A model generated the notes under the pieces. It saw nothing but the letters and a program-made list of their open reading frames with translations. It was not told the DNA's origin and did no database searches. From positions 52,602 through 116,601 of IMG/VR virus record IMGVR_UViG_3300020198_000002: a DNA stretch of 64,000 nucleotides; one strand, 5' to 3'. Below, one piece after another: positions 47,416 through 56,760 of the stretch; within the stretch, counting starts at the first letter, position 1, and every line of letters starts with the position of its first letter. A program made the position numbers and the translations under genes. This DNA comes from a virus.

Positions 47416-47820
47416 ATGAGTTTTAATTTTTCAAACTATGAAAAGTTTGTAGACGCTGTTACTTCAGACGCATCAAAAGATTTTGTTGCTCTTGCTGATA
47501 GATTAGTCGAACTTGATCGGAAAGGTGCTAATATCGAACGACTCCTAACTGCAGGGGTGGGAATTAATGCAGAAGGAGGAGAGTTCCTTGAAATTGTTAA
47601 AAAAATGATCTTTCAAGGTAAGCCTTGGAATGAAGACAATCGTGAGCATCTTATTATTGAACTGGGGGATTTGCTTTGGTATGTAGCTCAAGCAACTCAA
47701 GCTCTTGGAATTTCTTTTGAAGAGGTTGTTTCTCGTAATGTTAAAAAATTAGAAAGAAGATATCCCTCGGGCACATTTGATGTTTATTTTTCTGAGAATA
47801 GAACGGAGGATGATCTGTGA
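47416..47820 (+). CDS. mazG: MazG-like nucleotide pyrophosphohydrolase
   Basis: AEGGEFLEIVKK..FQGKP, ELGDLLWYVAQ, NVKKLERRYP. Confidence 0.93.
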   Translation: MSFNFSNYEKFVDAVTSDASKDFVALADRLVELDRKGANIERLLTAGVGINAEGGEFLEIVKKMIFQGKPWNEDNREHLIIELGDLLWYVAQATQALGISFEEVVSRNVKKLERRYPSGTFDVYFSENRTEDDL

Positions 47821-48005
47821 GCAATAAAGAAAAAAAAGTAACCGTTAAAATGGACGTTCGCTGTGCTGCAGCAGTTCGCCAAGTACTGTTTGATTCTCAA
47901 AAGGAATATACCAATGGGCCTTCAGCACCAGAAAGAATTCTAAATTTGCGTCAAGTAATTAGTGATCTTGATGATGAAATTCATAATGCATTACCAAGTA
48001 GTTAA
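47817..48005 (+). CDS. Small conserved hypothetical protein
   Basis: AAAVRQVLF..QK.YT....PERI..LR; GTGA coupling. Confidence 0.7.
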   Translation: MSNKEKKVTVKMDVRCAAAVRQVLFDSQKEYTNGPSAPERILNLRQVISDLDDEIHNALPSS

Positions 48006-48056
48006 TTAATTACTTATCTTTCCATAAATATTTTTCGGACAGATATTTTTACTTAC

Positions 48057-49541
48057 ATGGCTAATATAGGATCTGCAGCCGAAGGTGCATTTGCAATTGC
48101 CCTAACACTGAATATCATTGAAAATGATCGACTTCCTTCTACTAGTAGGTTGAAGTGTAATCTGCCTAATATTAACTACTGGATGAAACAAATTCCATTA
48201 TCTAGTTTTGAGAATGGTGGAACTTGGGTGCAAACCTTATATAATGGTAAAGCGACTATGAGAAAAGCAGGTTATACTTCAGTAGATGAAGTTAATGTAG
48301 TGCAGGCCCCAAAAAATAGTAATCAGATACCAGTTGATTTTTTAAAGGTAACTCTTGAGGTTGGACTAAAACCAGAAGAAGTTCGAGGCTTTTATGGGCG
48401 CGATCCAATTGATTTATATAAACTTAATGATATTATAAGTCAGATGATTGCAGATTCTGGTAGATATAAGACCTATATAAATGCTTTTAAAACCAAGTAT
48501 CTTACAAATGATAGGAAGGAATTAATTAGCGTTTATGTGAAAACTATTGGTAAAGAGGGGGAACAGTCTGGTGGTGCAATCAAAGGCGATGTTCAACTTG
48601 AAGTAACTGTTCAAGCTTATGATCCAATTACTCTTAAACCGAAGAGTACTCCCAAGAAAAATAGATTCCCGACAATGTATTTTTCCTTAAAGGCTTCAGC
48701 TACTCCTCCAAAAACTATTAGTAATGAAAGTCCAATTAAGGCCCTAAAAACCTTATCTACAGCCTTTGGAGTCGATCCTTTTACATCACCACAATATAAT
48801 GTACCTATAAAAAGCCTTGGGGCATTTCAACAGTTCGTTACTACTTCAAATAAAAAGAGACAGACTTGGATGACGGATCTTTATGGGTCTGGTCTTTTGG
48901 TGAAACAGGGCAGAAAAAATTTCTTAAGAACAAGTTCCAGTGAAGTTAATATCTCAAAGCTTAAGATTTTTGATTTACTCGATGATCAGACCTATCCAGA
49001 ATTGTGGAGAGTTAAGTCGGTTGAAGATAGATTTTGGAAAAGTTTTGTTGTAAAAAGATATGTGGAATCTGTTTTTGGTTTAATTCCTTCTGGTGAGCTG
49101 AGTCCAGAAATGTCAAACAATGTTTGGTCCGCACTATTTAAAGCTGGATTTGGTATAGATCCTTATGCAAGTAGAACATTTTTACTTGCCTATGGTAATA
49201 GGACATTTCAAAGTTCTAGTTTAGAATATCTTAGAGCAGTGAAAGATTCTACAAATTCTCAGATCTATGCTACAAATAGTGGAAGTGCTGTAGAGTTTTA
49301 TATTGGAAATAAAAAAATATCTAAAGCAAAATTATATCATATTCGATATAAGAATAGGAGTGTATATGATGGTGACATTAGCGAAAACGCAACTTTTGAT
49401 TTGCAGAATCTTTTAAAATTAGAATTAAAAATCATGCCAGAGTGTGGTGATGCATTTAAAGAAAAGCCAAGTTGGAGGCCTGGAGATAAACTAGATTTTA
49501 ATCCAGTTACTGGAACCCTTTCTATATCAAAAGAAACATAA
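48057..49541 (+). CDS. Large hypothetical protein, possible restriction-endonuclease-like fold
   Basis: 494-aa ORF after ATAAATA (48024); G..AEG, KGDV...FSLK pattern. Confidence 0.6.
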   Translation: MANIGSAAEGAFAIALTLNIIENDRLPSTSRLKCNLPNINYWMKQIPLSSFENGGTWVQTLYNGKATMRKAGYTSVDEVNVVQAPKNSNQIPVDFLKVTLEVGLKPEEVRGFYGRDPIDLYKLNDIISQMIADSGRYKTYINAFKTKYLTNDRKELISVYVKTIGKEGEQSGGAIKGDVQLEVTVQAYDPITLKPKSTPKKNRFPTMYFSLKASATPPKTISNESPIKALKTLSTAFGVDPFTSPQYNVPIKSLGAFQQFVTTSNKKRQTWMTDLYGSGLLVKQGRKNFLRTSSSEVNISKLKIFDLLDDQTYPELWRVKSVEDRFWKSFVVKRYVESVFGLIPSGELSPEMSNNVWSALFKAGFGIDPYASRTFLLAYGNRTFQSSSLEYLRAVKDSTNSQIYATNSGSAVEFYIGNKKISKAKLYHIRYKNRSVYDGDISENATFDLQNLLKLELKIMPECGDAFKEKPSWRPGDKLDFNPVTGTLSISKET

Positions 49542-49563
49542 ATATTTAAAAAAGTAGACCATA

Positions 49564-50862
49564 GTGAAAACTTTTTCCCAATTTATATTTGAAGCGATAG
49601 AGAGTCCTGCAGCTAAACAGGCTCATAGATTGGGACTGGTAAGTTCTAAGGGTGCTTGGTATGACCGTTCTGGCAAATATGTTGCAAAAACAGTAAATGG
49701 AGAATTGAAATTTTCTTCTAGTCCTTCAAAAAAAGAAGATGAGAAGAAGACTCCTTCTCAAAACAAATTACAAGAACCTGCAAAGAAGTTAAGAAAGAAA
49801 ACGGCAGATATATCCGCACCACCAAAACCAAATAAACCACAAGAACAAGAAATAAAAAAAGAGACGGAAAAGGATACTGTAAAAAAATCCACGTCTTCTA
49901 CAAATACAGAACTCCAAAAATCAGAAACATCGGAACAATCTACCCTTTCTGGGATAGTCATTACATTTGGCAGATTTAATCCACCAACAGTTGGCCACGA
50001 AAAACTTTTAAAATCGGCATCTACAGAGGCTTCTAGAAGAAAATATGATTTGAAAATTTATCCCTCTAGATCTAAGGATCAAAAGAAGAATCCTTTAGAA
50101 CCTGCAACTAAAATTAAATACATGAAGATGATGTTTCCTGATTACGCCGATCAGATTATAGATGATCCTGAATCAAAAACAATTTTCACCGTGTTGATTT
50201 CGGCTTCTGAACTGGGATACAGAAACGTTGTAATTGTGGTTGGGCAAGATAGACTTTCTGAATTTCAAAGTCTCGCTCATAAGTATGATGGTGATTTATA
50301 TGAGTTTGATACTATCGAAGTTATTTCTGCTGGAGCTCGAGATGCAGATGCCGAGGGTGTAGAAGGGATGTCTGCATCTAAAATGAGAATTGCCGCAATG
50401 GAAAATGATTTCCAAACTTTCTCAAAAGGAATACCTACACTTGGTAATATGGAAAAGAAAAATCTTTTCAATGTTCTTCGCAAGTCTATGGGAGCAAAAG
50501 AAATTAAAGAAGCCAATGTTTGGGAAATTGCACCAAAACTAGATTTAAATGGGTTGAGACTTGCATATTTGAAAGAACAAGTCTTTAATGTCGGCGAGTT
50601 GGTAGAAAATATTAACACTGGAGAAATTGGTAGAATTACTCGTAGAGGCACAAACTATGTTATTTGTATGACTTCTGAAGGTGCGATGTTTAAAGCTTGG
50701 TTAAAAGATTTGGTTGAAGCTTATGAGATTGGTACAGATGAGTATAGAAAGTATGTTCAAGCACAATCTGCAGGACAACCAGTAAAAAAGTTCGGACCCA
50801 AAATTAGTATTTTGCCTACTATTAAGCCACTTAAAGCTAATGATCCTGTAAAGTATAAATAA
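49564..50862 (+). CDS. Cytidyltransferase-like (HIGH-class) nucleotidyltransferase
   Basis: TFGRFNPPTVGHEKL, KNPL, VVGQDR, SAGARD.D, MSASKMR; GTG start after ATAAATA (49538). Confidence 0.88.
   Translation: MKTFSQFIFEAIESPAAKQAHRLGLVSSKGAWYDRSGKYVAKTVNGELKFSSSPSKKEDEKKTPSQNKLQEPAKKLRKKTADISAPPKPNKPQEQEIKKETEKDTVKKSTSSTNTELQKSETSEQSTLSGIVITFGRFNPPTVGHEKLLKSASTEASRRKYDLKIYPSRSKDQKKNPLEPATKIKYMKMMFPDYADQIIDDPESKTIFTVLISASELGYRNVVIVVGQDRLSEFQSLAHKYDGDLYEFDTIEVISAGARDADAEGVEGMSASKMRIAAMENDFQTFSKGIPTLGNMEKKNLFNVLRKSMGAKEIKEANVWEIAPKLDLNGLRLAYLKEQVFNVGELVENINTGEIGRITRRGTNYVICMTSEGAMFKAWLKDLVEAYEIGTDEYRKYVQAQSAGQPVKKFGPKISILPTIKPLKANDPVKYK
50854..50861 (+). promoter_or_regulatory. T4 late promoter TATAAATA
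   Basis: Exact consensus overlapping the stop codon. Confidence 0.75.
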
Positions 50863-50890
50863 TATACGAGAAGTTTTGGATTTGTCTACT

Positions 50891-51895
50891 ATGTCGGATA
50901 ATTTTAATTTATCTAAAATTTATGAGTCAATTTATTCTTCGCATAAATCTGAACATTTATCTGAAGAATCAGTAGAACAACCGTCAGTTGATCTTACTTT
51001 GGATGAAGATGAGTGGGAACTCTTGGGCGAACTCTATGACTCCTTAATGTCAAGTAGAAAATTTTCCGAGCCAGAAGTAATTTCTATTTGCGAAAAAACA
51101 AAGTGTGGTATGGAACGCAATAAGAAAAAGAAAAAGCCAGCCCGTTGGTGGGATGATGACGGTGATGGAATCGGTTATGAGAAAGGAGAGGTTTCTAAGG
51201 AAGAAACTGAACTTGGTGAAAATAGAGCTGCAATGCGTAACCCTGAGGAATATGAAAGAAGCCCAGAAGCAAGAGCAGGTCGTGCAGCAAGAGGTGGAAT
51301 AAATAATCCACGCACTGGTATCAATTCACCTGCTTTTGCTGAGTTTATGAGGCAGCAAATGGGTGGTAGTAAACCAAAACCAAAACCAAAATCAGATCTC
51401 AAAAACTCTTACGAACCAGAAGTTGAGTCGGTTGATGAAGGTAAAAAGACTTTCCCATTTAAGAAAGTTGAAAGTCAAATGAAAAAAGCAAGAAAGAGTT
51501 CTGTGTATGGACAGGACACTGGAAATGAACCTGCTCCTAACGTGAGTGATGCTACAAAGAAAGCGACTACACGTTTCACTAAGATGCATAACGCTCTTTC
51601 AAAAGCAACGAGAGAAAAGCAGGAAACAGATAAAGCAAAAAGACCTCCAACTTTTTACAAGGACACTCATCCAGCGAGTGCTCCCAAGATGAAGAAGTCA
51701 AGTCTTAATGCTGGATATACTCCAGAGGAACTTGAAATTATTAGTGAAGTTGCACCAATGATTGCATCTGCTTTGGGTGGTGTTGCTAGAACAGTTGCAA
51801 CAAACGCAGTAAAGAGTGCCGCAACAAATGCTGCTGGAAAGGGGGTTAATAAAATCAAATCACTTTTAGGTGGTAATCAACAACAGGAAGTTTAA
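50891..51895 (+). CDS. Hypothetical late protein, charged and low complexity (probable internal virion protein)
   Basis: RWWDDDGDG.GYEKGEV motif, several hydrophobic-x-E sites; start 50891 or 50876. Confidence 0.7.
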   Translation: MSDNFNLSKIYESIYSSHKSEHLSEESVEQPSVDLTLDEDEWELLGELYDSLMSSRKFSEPEVISICEKTKCGMERNKKKKKPARWWDDDGDGIGYEKGEVSKEETELGENRAAMRNPEEYERSPEARAGRAARGGINNPRTGINSPAFAEFMRQQMGGSKPKPKPKSDLKNSYEPEVESVDEGKKTFPFKKVESQMKKARKSSVYGQDTGNEPAPNVSDATKKATTRFTKMHNALSKATREKQETDKAKRPPTFYKDTHPASAPKMKKSSLNAGYTPEELEIISEVAPMIASALGGVARTVATNAVKSAATNAAGKGVNKIKSLLGGNQQQEV

Positions 51896-51896
51896 A

Positions 51897-53429
51897 ATGA
51901 AAAACTTCCAAGATTTGTTTGAGGTTTCCAATTCTGCGAGATTAATGGCGGCTGCTGCAACTAGATCAGCAGCTGCAGCTAAACAATCTAAAAGAATGCA
52001 GGTTGCTAAATCTAGCGTAGCTGGAAGTCAACAACTTAAAAAAATTCAAAACATTAATAATCAATCTGCAACTGATGCGAACACCACTCCTATATCTAAG
52101 GGTGGCGCATTGGCTCTTCGTACTCCTGCCAACAAACAGAGAGATCCAAAAGTTGCAGCTGCATTGAAAAATGTTCCTGTAAATAAAAATGCTCCTGGAA
52201 CAGTTGCACAAAAACAATTCCAACAAAATAAAGATTTTGGCAGCACTACTCAAACTTCTGCAGCTGCAGCTGCAAAAAATGATACGTTGGCTGCAAAAGC
52301 CGATAGAAAAGCTTCCTTACAAAGACAAGCATCTCAACTAGAAAGAAAAAAACAAGAAGGCGAAGAACGGAAAAATAGAATACAGCAAGGTATTGATATG
52401 ATGGCCCCCAAAAAACGAGTTGGGGAAAGAGAGAGTGATGCTGCAGCTCTAGGAAAGATGATGAGTAACATTGGTTCTGGATTGAGAGGAGCAGCTAAAG
52501 CTGTTGGTGCTGTTACTGGATTAGATAAAAAAATAGAAACTGGTAGACAGAAATTCCTAAACAAATTATCTGGATCAAAGAGACCTGGACTTGCTACTGG
52601 GGCTCAGTCTTTTGGAGTTAAGACTCAATCCAAAAAACCAGCAGATCCATGGGCAGCTTCTAAAAAACCAGCAGATCCATGGAAAAATTCTTTAAGTAAT
52701 CCAAAACCAGGCGCTCCTGGAAATCCTGGAATCCGATCTTCCAATGCAAGTTTTGTTGCAAAAAATTCTGCAAGCAAATCAGTTGGATTTGGTGGAGTCC
52801 CTGGTAGATCTGGAGCCTCTAGACCTGCATTGAGGTTAAAAAAACCAAACTCTACTTTCAAAGCAACTGGGGGGTCTGCTTCTGTTAGCCCCAGTAGATT
52901 AGGTGCGGCCGCCCGAAAAGATCCAGCACTAAAAAGTAAATTAATTCAACAAAGAATGGGCGGTATGAAAGAAGAATTTTCACATTGGAGAGAGGAATTT
53001 ATTTTTGAAGTTGGCAAATCAATCCCAACAGAAAAGAAAAAAATTATAGAACCAATGTCTGGAGAAAATAAAATAATTATAAATCCAACTCCAGAGGAAG
53101 TGAAAGAATCTATTGTATCAATAGAAGACGCATATGGTAGAGTCTTTGCTGAAGTTGAAGATTTAATTACTTCTAATTCTGTTTATGAGTCTCCCGCTTG
53201 GACAAAAAAGTCGGGTAAGAATCCAAAAGGTGGACTCAACGAGAAGGGAAGGAAATCTTATGAGCGTGAGAATCCTGGAAGCGACCTTAAAGCACCTTCA
53301 AAGAAAGTTGGAAATCCTCGTCGTAAGTCCTTCTGTGCAAGGATGAGGGGTATGCGTAAGAGACAAAAACCATCTAACAATACTGGTGAAGATCGTCTCT
53401 CAAAATCACTTAGAGCGTGGAACTGCTGA
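51897..53429 (+). CDS. Hypothetical Lys/Ala-rich late protein with C-terminal DUF6321-like domain
   Basis: C-terminus AWTKKSGKNPKGGLNEKGRKSY...RRKSFCARM.GM...SLRAWNC. Confidence 0.75.
   Translation: MKNFQDLFEVSNSARLMAAAATRSAAAAKQSKRMQVAKSSVAGSQQLKKIQNINNQSATDANTTPISKGGALALRTPANKQRDPKVAAALKNVPVNKNAPGTVAQKQFQQNKDFGSTTQTSAAAAAKNDTLAAKADRKASLQRQASQLERKKQEGEERKNRIQQGIDMMAPKKRVGERESDAAALGKMMSNIGSGLRGAAKAVGAVTGLDKKIETGRQKFLNKLSGSKRPGLATGAQSFGVKTQSKKPADPWAASKKPADPWKNSLSNPKPGAPGNPGIRSSNASFVAKNSASKSVGFGGVPGRSGASRPALRLKKPNSTFKATGGSASVSPSRLGAAARKDPALKSKLIQQRMGGMKEEFSHWREEFIFEVGKSIPTEKKKIIEPMSGENKIIINPTPEEVKESIVSIEDAYGRVFAEVEDLITSNSVYESPAWTKKSGKNPKGGLNEKGRKSYERENPGSDLKAPSKKVGNPRRKSFCARMRGMRKRQKPSNNTGEDRLSKSLRAWNC
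52632..52682 (+). repeat. 21-bp direct repeat with 30-bp period (KKPADPW x2)
   Basis: AAAAAACCAGCAGATCCATGG at 52632 and 52662. Confidence 0.9.
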
Positions 53430-53531
53430 TATAAAAATTATTAGGAAGTGAACATATTTCTAAAATTGATACAAAAATTTACAAATATATTGTCTAAATA
53501 GATTATAATTGTATCAAGTTGATACTTGCTT

Positions 53532-53762
53532 ATGTATACTGTATACGTATTAGCCATTTTTCTAGCAATATTAATTGCTTATGCGGGTATTGATGAGACG
53601 ATGAAATTACTTGCATATCTAGATTTGCAATTACGTTATGCATATGTAAAAATTCAGATGAAGTGGATGGGTTGGAATCTTAAGAGACAACTAGTAAAAG
53701 AAACAACCGAATTCCAAAAGTTCTACGAAAAATTCAATAATGAACACAAAAACTTGTTCTAA
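53532..53762 (+). CDS. Small membrane protein
   Basis: N-terminal hydrophobic helix, AYAG.DETM.L..YLDLQ; TAAATA at 53495. Confidence 0.7.
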   Translation: MYTVYVLAIFLAILIAYAGIDETMKLLAYLDLQLRYAYVKIQMKWMGWNLKRQLVKETTEFQKFYEKFNNEHKNLF

Positions 53763-53955
53763 GTGTGGCGCTACATGGATTGGAGGCCAACACTACTGGA
53801 CGGGGACAAATAAACCTGGTAACGAGTTAGATCTTGCTGGTTTGGTTTGCAATAAACTTGGTGACGATTCATGTATAAATCCCCATCGTGGTTCCGAAGG
53901 AGGCGTTACTTGGGAGAGTAGACTAAAAGAGTTGGGGGGGACCAACCATAAATAA
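53740..53955 (+). CDS. Small Cys-containing hypothetical protein
   Basis: CSKCGATWIGGQHYW, DLAGLVCN, CINP. Confidence 0.75.
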   Translation: MNTKTCSKCGATWIGGQHYWTGTNKPGNELDLAGLVCNKLGDDSCINPHRGSEGGVTWESRLKELGGTNHK

Positions 53956-53972
53956 TCAAAAAGGTAAATAAA

Positions 53973-54242
53973 ATGAGAATAAAAATTCTTGGTGCTGAAC
54001 AGGCACTCACAACTGTAACTGGAACGGCTACAAGTTTTACTTCAGCAACAGTCGTGCGTCTTTTTAATTCTTCGACATCTGCAGATCACTTAGTTACTGT
54101 GGTCGAAACTCAGGGGGGAACTGTTGTTGGTTCTTTTACTCTTGCAAGAGGTCAATCTGAATTTTTAGAAAAGTTACCAGCACATTGTGTGTTTGCAGCA
54201 AATGCTGCTGTTTTGGGAGCAAAAGTAGCATTTACTGATTAG
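53973..54242 (+). CDS. Hypothetical late protein (beta-rich)
   Basis: ATVVRLFN, GSFTL..G..E.LEK; ATAAATA at 53948. Confidence 0.75.
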   Translation: MRIKILGAEQALTTVTGTATSFTSATVVRLFNSSTSADHLVTVVETQGGTVVGSFTLARGQSEFLEKLPAHCVFAANAAVLGAKVAFTD

Positions 54243-54275
54243 TAGAATAAATACTTTGTTACTCACTGCACTATA

Positions 54276-54392
54276 ATGGCCAAGTCCCCTAATAAAGGTA
54301 AAAAAGGTTCTTCTGGAGGTCAAAAGAACTCCAAACAAAACCAAGGAAATGCCACTGCTAACAAAGCAAAGAATGGCGGCAAGAAAAAGTGA
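54276..54392 (+). CDS. Tiny basic Lys/Gly/Asn-rich peptide (38 aa)
   Basis: Read by hand: MAKSPNKGKKGSSGGQKNSKQNQGNATANKAKNGGKKK; ATAAATA at 54247; GTGA overlap with next ORF. Confidence 0.65.
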   Translation: MAKSPNKGKKGSSGGQKNSKQNQGNATANKAKNGGKKK

Positions 54393-54601
54393 TCCCTCTA
54401 ATCTTGGCATCAGTTTTTACAGCTACCCCCATGGGTCCAGGACAAGTTCCTCACTTCATGAGAACGTGTGACAGAATACGTATTCATGATCCTAAGACAG
54501 AAACTAATTGGATTCTTTGTATCAATGGGGTTTATCAATTTCCTAAAAATGGCCGACCACAAGATAGAAGTCTACCACAGCACAAACAACAATTGATTTA
54601 A
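54389..54601 (+). CDS. Small hypothetical protein with possible signal peptide
   Basis: MIPLILASVFTA then two Cys; GTG start. Confidence 0.55.
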   Translation: MIPLILASVFTATPMGPGQVPHFMRTCDRIRIHDPKTETNWILCINGVYQFPKNGRPQDRSLPQHKQQLI

Positions 54602-54604
54602 TTT

Positions 54605-54760
54605 ATGGATTACATTGCATTCTTGATCATTGGATTGGTGGAAATCGGTCCTAATGTATGTAAAATTGATTACATGCGTCATGTTGATGTGCAATCTTTT
54701 ACGATGCCGTGTGATCATATTCAAAAAATTACAAAAATTCCAGTAGATAAATCGATATGA
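54605..54760 (+). CDS. Small hypothetical protein (51 aa)
   Basis: Read by hand: MDYIAFLIIGLVEIGPNVCKIDY...PC; ATGA overlap with the nuclease gene. Confidence 0.6.
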   Translation: MDYIAFLIIGLVEIGPNVCKIDYMRHVDVQSFTMPCDHIQKITKIPVDKSI

Positions 54761-55185
54761 AAGACCCATATATTTACAGAATTCGTTCAATCGCAAAGGT
54801 AGTAGATGGCGACACTATTGATGCTAACATTGATCTTGGTTTTGATATCTCTCTCAGTAAGCGAATTCGCCTTGCGGGCATTGACACGCCTGAGAGTAGA
54901 ACAAAAGATGAATATGAAAAGAAACTCGGACTCGAATCGAAAGAGTGGTTGAAGAAGCATCTAGAGGGTGCTAAAGATATTATCGTCAAGACTGAACTTC
55001 CAGATAGCACAGAGAAGTATGGTCGCATCATCGGGCACTTATATATTGGAGACGCAGAAGTATCAGCGGTCAATAGAAAGAAGTCTATTAATAACCAGAT
55101 GATTGACGAAGGATACGCCTGGGAATATGATGGCGGCACAAAGCAAAAAGATTTTGCAAAACTTCTAAGTAAAAGAAAAGGATAA
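54757..55185 (+). CDS. Thermonuclease (SNase-like)
   Basis: KVVDGDTID..IDLGF, RIRLAGIDTPESRT, KYGRIIG, GYAWEYDGG. Confidence 0.92.
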   Translation: MKDPYIYRIRSIAKVVDGDTIDANIDLGFDISLSKRIRLAGIDTPESRTKDEYEKKLGLESKEWLKKHLEGAKDIIVKTELPDSTEKYGRIIGHLYIGDAEVSAVNRKKSINNQMIDEGYAWEYDGGTKQKDFAKLLSKRKG

Positions 55186-55213
55186 ATACGGCTGCCTATA
55201 CATAGAGGTTACC

Positions 55214-55387
55214 ATGGGAGCAGTTGTCGCTGTAGTAAAACCACTTCTTATGCAACTTGCTACAAGTCCTGCAGTTAAGAATCTAGTTATTTCTCTTCTT
55301 GAGAAGTATGTAAAGTCTACTGATAATAGTGTTGATGATGTACTTTTTGCAACTGTTAAAGATGCACTCTTTAAAGCACAAGCATGA
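55214..55387 (+). CDS. Small amphipathic protein (57 aa)
   Basis: Read by hand: VKPLL...SPAVKNLVISLLEKYVKSTDNSVDD; GAGG RBS; ATAAATA at 55182. Confidence 0.7.
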   Translation: MGAVVAVVKPLLMQLATSPAVKNLVISLLEKYVKSTDNSVDDVLFATVKDALFKAQA

Positions 55388-55548
55388 TTACTTGTTTAGT
55401 GACCAATTGGGGAGTAACCATCGTTCTTGGTTTTCTCCTTTCTCTTTCGGAGTGGTTAGCAAAAACAAAAAGAACGAAGGCGAATGGTATTATAGACTTT
55501 ATAACATTATTTTTAAGAACAGTGCTTCGCAAAGACTCTAACAAATAG
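55384..55548 (+). CDS. Small membrane protein, holin-like (54 aa)
   Basis: Read by hand: WGVTIVLGFLLSLSEWLAKTKRTKANGIIDF; ATGA coupling. Confidence 0.6.
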   Translation: MITCLVTNWGVTIVLGFLLSLSEWLAKTKRTKANGIIDFITLFLRTVLRKDSNK

Positions 55549-55561
55549 GGTCTTATTTTTT

Positions 55562-55569
55562 TATAAATA
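55562..55569 (+). promoter_or_regulatory. T4 late promoter TATAAATA
   Basis: Exact consensus, GGAG RBS downstream. Confidence 0.8.
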
Positions 55570-55603
55570 AAATTTAGATAAGAACATAATTTGGAGAAAA
55601 CCG

Positions 55604-56155
55604 ATGCCTCTCTGGGGAAAAAGCACAACTGACGAATCCAGACCTAAGTGGTTGAGAGAAAACGACAAACCAGCCAACGATCTTAATACATGTTTTGCTG
55701 ATGAGCGTGGATGGGTGATTAAACATGCAAATGGTCTTGAAGAAGTTCTTGTTGCCATTGGTGGACTTGGTGGAGCTGGTGCAACTGACCTTCTTGGTAA
55801 TGCTACAATTGCTGGTGTATACTTTAAGACAGCTACCCTTGCTCAGGGTGCTACTGGAACGGTAGTTGTTAATTACAACGAAGAAGTTACAGTCACAAAT
55901 GGTGCAACTCTTGTAGTTACTGGCTCAGTAGGTGGTAATATTACTGCAACGGCTGCTGGTCAAACAGGAGTTCAACAAGCAGAATTCACCTTTACTGTTC
56001 CAGCCACCACTCAGACTCTTTCTATTGGTGCTCAGACAATTTCTGGTACTATTGTTGATGTTGGTACGGCAACTGCATCCGACAAGGTATTTGTTGCTGG
56101 AGATGTTCAAGGTGTTACTGGCGAAGGATCAGTTAAGACAATCGCTGTTGCATGA
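55604..56155 (+). CDS. Probable virion structural protein with Ig-like beta domain
   Basis: MPLWG...PKWL, FADERGWV, EVLVAIGGL, Thr/Val/Gly-rich C-terminus. Confidence 0.7.
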   Translation: MPLWGKSTTDESRPKWLRENDKPANDLNTCFADERGWVIKHANGLEEVLVAIGGLGGAGATDLLGNATIAGVYFKTATLAQGATGTVVVNYNEEVTVTNGATLVVTGSVGGNITATAAGQTGVQQAEFTFTVPATTQTLSIGAQTISGTIVDVGTATASDKVFVAGDVQGVTGEGSVKTIAVA

Positions 56156-56170
56156 TAAGTTAATTAAATT

Positions 56171-56542
56171 ATGAGATTTAATGAATTAAATGAAAGCAAT
56201 TATATAATTTTTGCAATAAAAAATTATGAGAATCCTCATGCGGTAACAAAAGAGGACTTTGAAGAAGACTTGAAAAGATTTAAGTGGATAAAAAGACTTT
56301 TAAAACGTTATAAAACAACAGGCATTTTAAAAGCTCATCTCCTCATAAATCATTTTATTATTCTATATAATGTTTTTGGAGAAGCCGCAACACCTCTTTT
56401 GTTTTATAAAATAGATGAGGATTTGTGGCCCGTTGTAAAAACATTCATAGTATATCTTGGTAGATTGCCTGAGCATCCTATAACGGATTTGCATCTCATA
56501 TCAATGGATCCTGTTTGTTTTAAAACATTAAACTCCCTATAA
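56171..56542 (+). CDS. Conserved T4-like hypothetical protein
   Basis: FAIKNYENP, F.EDLKRFKWIKRLL..Y, L.INHFIILYNVFG. Confidence 0.8.
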   Translation: MRFNELNESNYIIFAIKNYENPHAVTKEDFEEDLKRFKWIKRLLKRYKTTGILKAHLLINHFIILYNVFGEAATPLLFYKIDEDLWPVVKTFIVYLGRLPEHPITDLHLISMDPVCFKTLNSL

Positions 56543-56760
56543 TGTCTGATCGAATATTAAATCACGTAATCTCTGTTATCAAAACTTTGAAAGAAAATAC
56601 AGATCATTTGTATTTGGAATCAAATGTGAACGAAGAGGCGGCCGCCAACTCTGTTGGCGATGGTTCTAAGGTTGGATTGCCTCCTACTCATGAACCTCCA
56701 GGAAGACCCCGCAATCGATTCATTTTTCAAAAAAATACACGTAGAAACTGGAAAAAGTAA
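56542..56760 (+). CDS. Small hypothetical protein
   Basis: EEAAANSVGDG...LPP..EPPG; coupled to both neighbours. Confidence 0.65.
   Translation: MSDRILNHVISVIKTLKENTDHLYLESNVNEEAAANSVGDGSKVGLPPTHEPPGRPRNRFIFQKNTRRNWKK

Noticed and set aside
52632-52682. Direct repeat as a possible mini-CRISPR
   Set aside because: Only two copies, 9-nt spacer, in-frame peptide duplication
55329-55628. Track ORFs 55329..55541 (+) and 55371..55628 (-)
   Set aside because: Better explained by the coupled ORFs 55214..55387 and 55384..55548, which have an RBS and a late promoter
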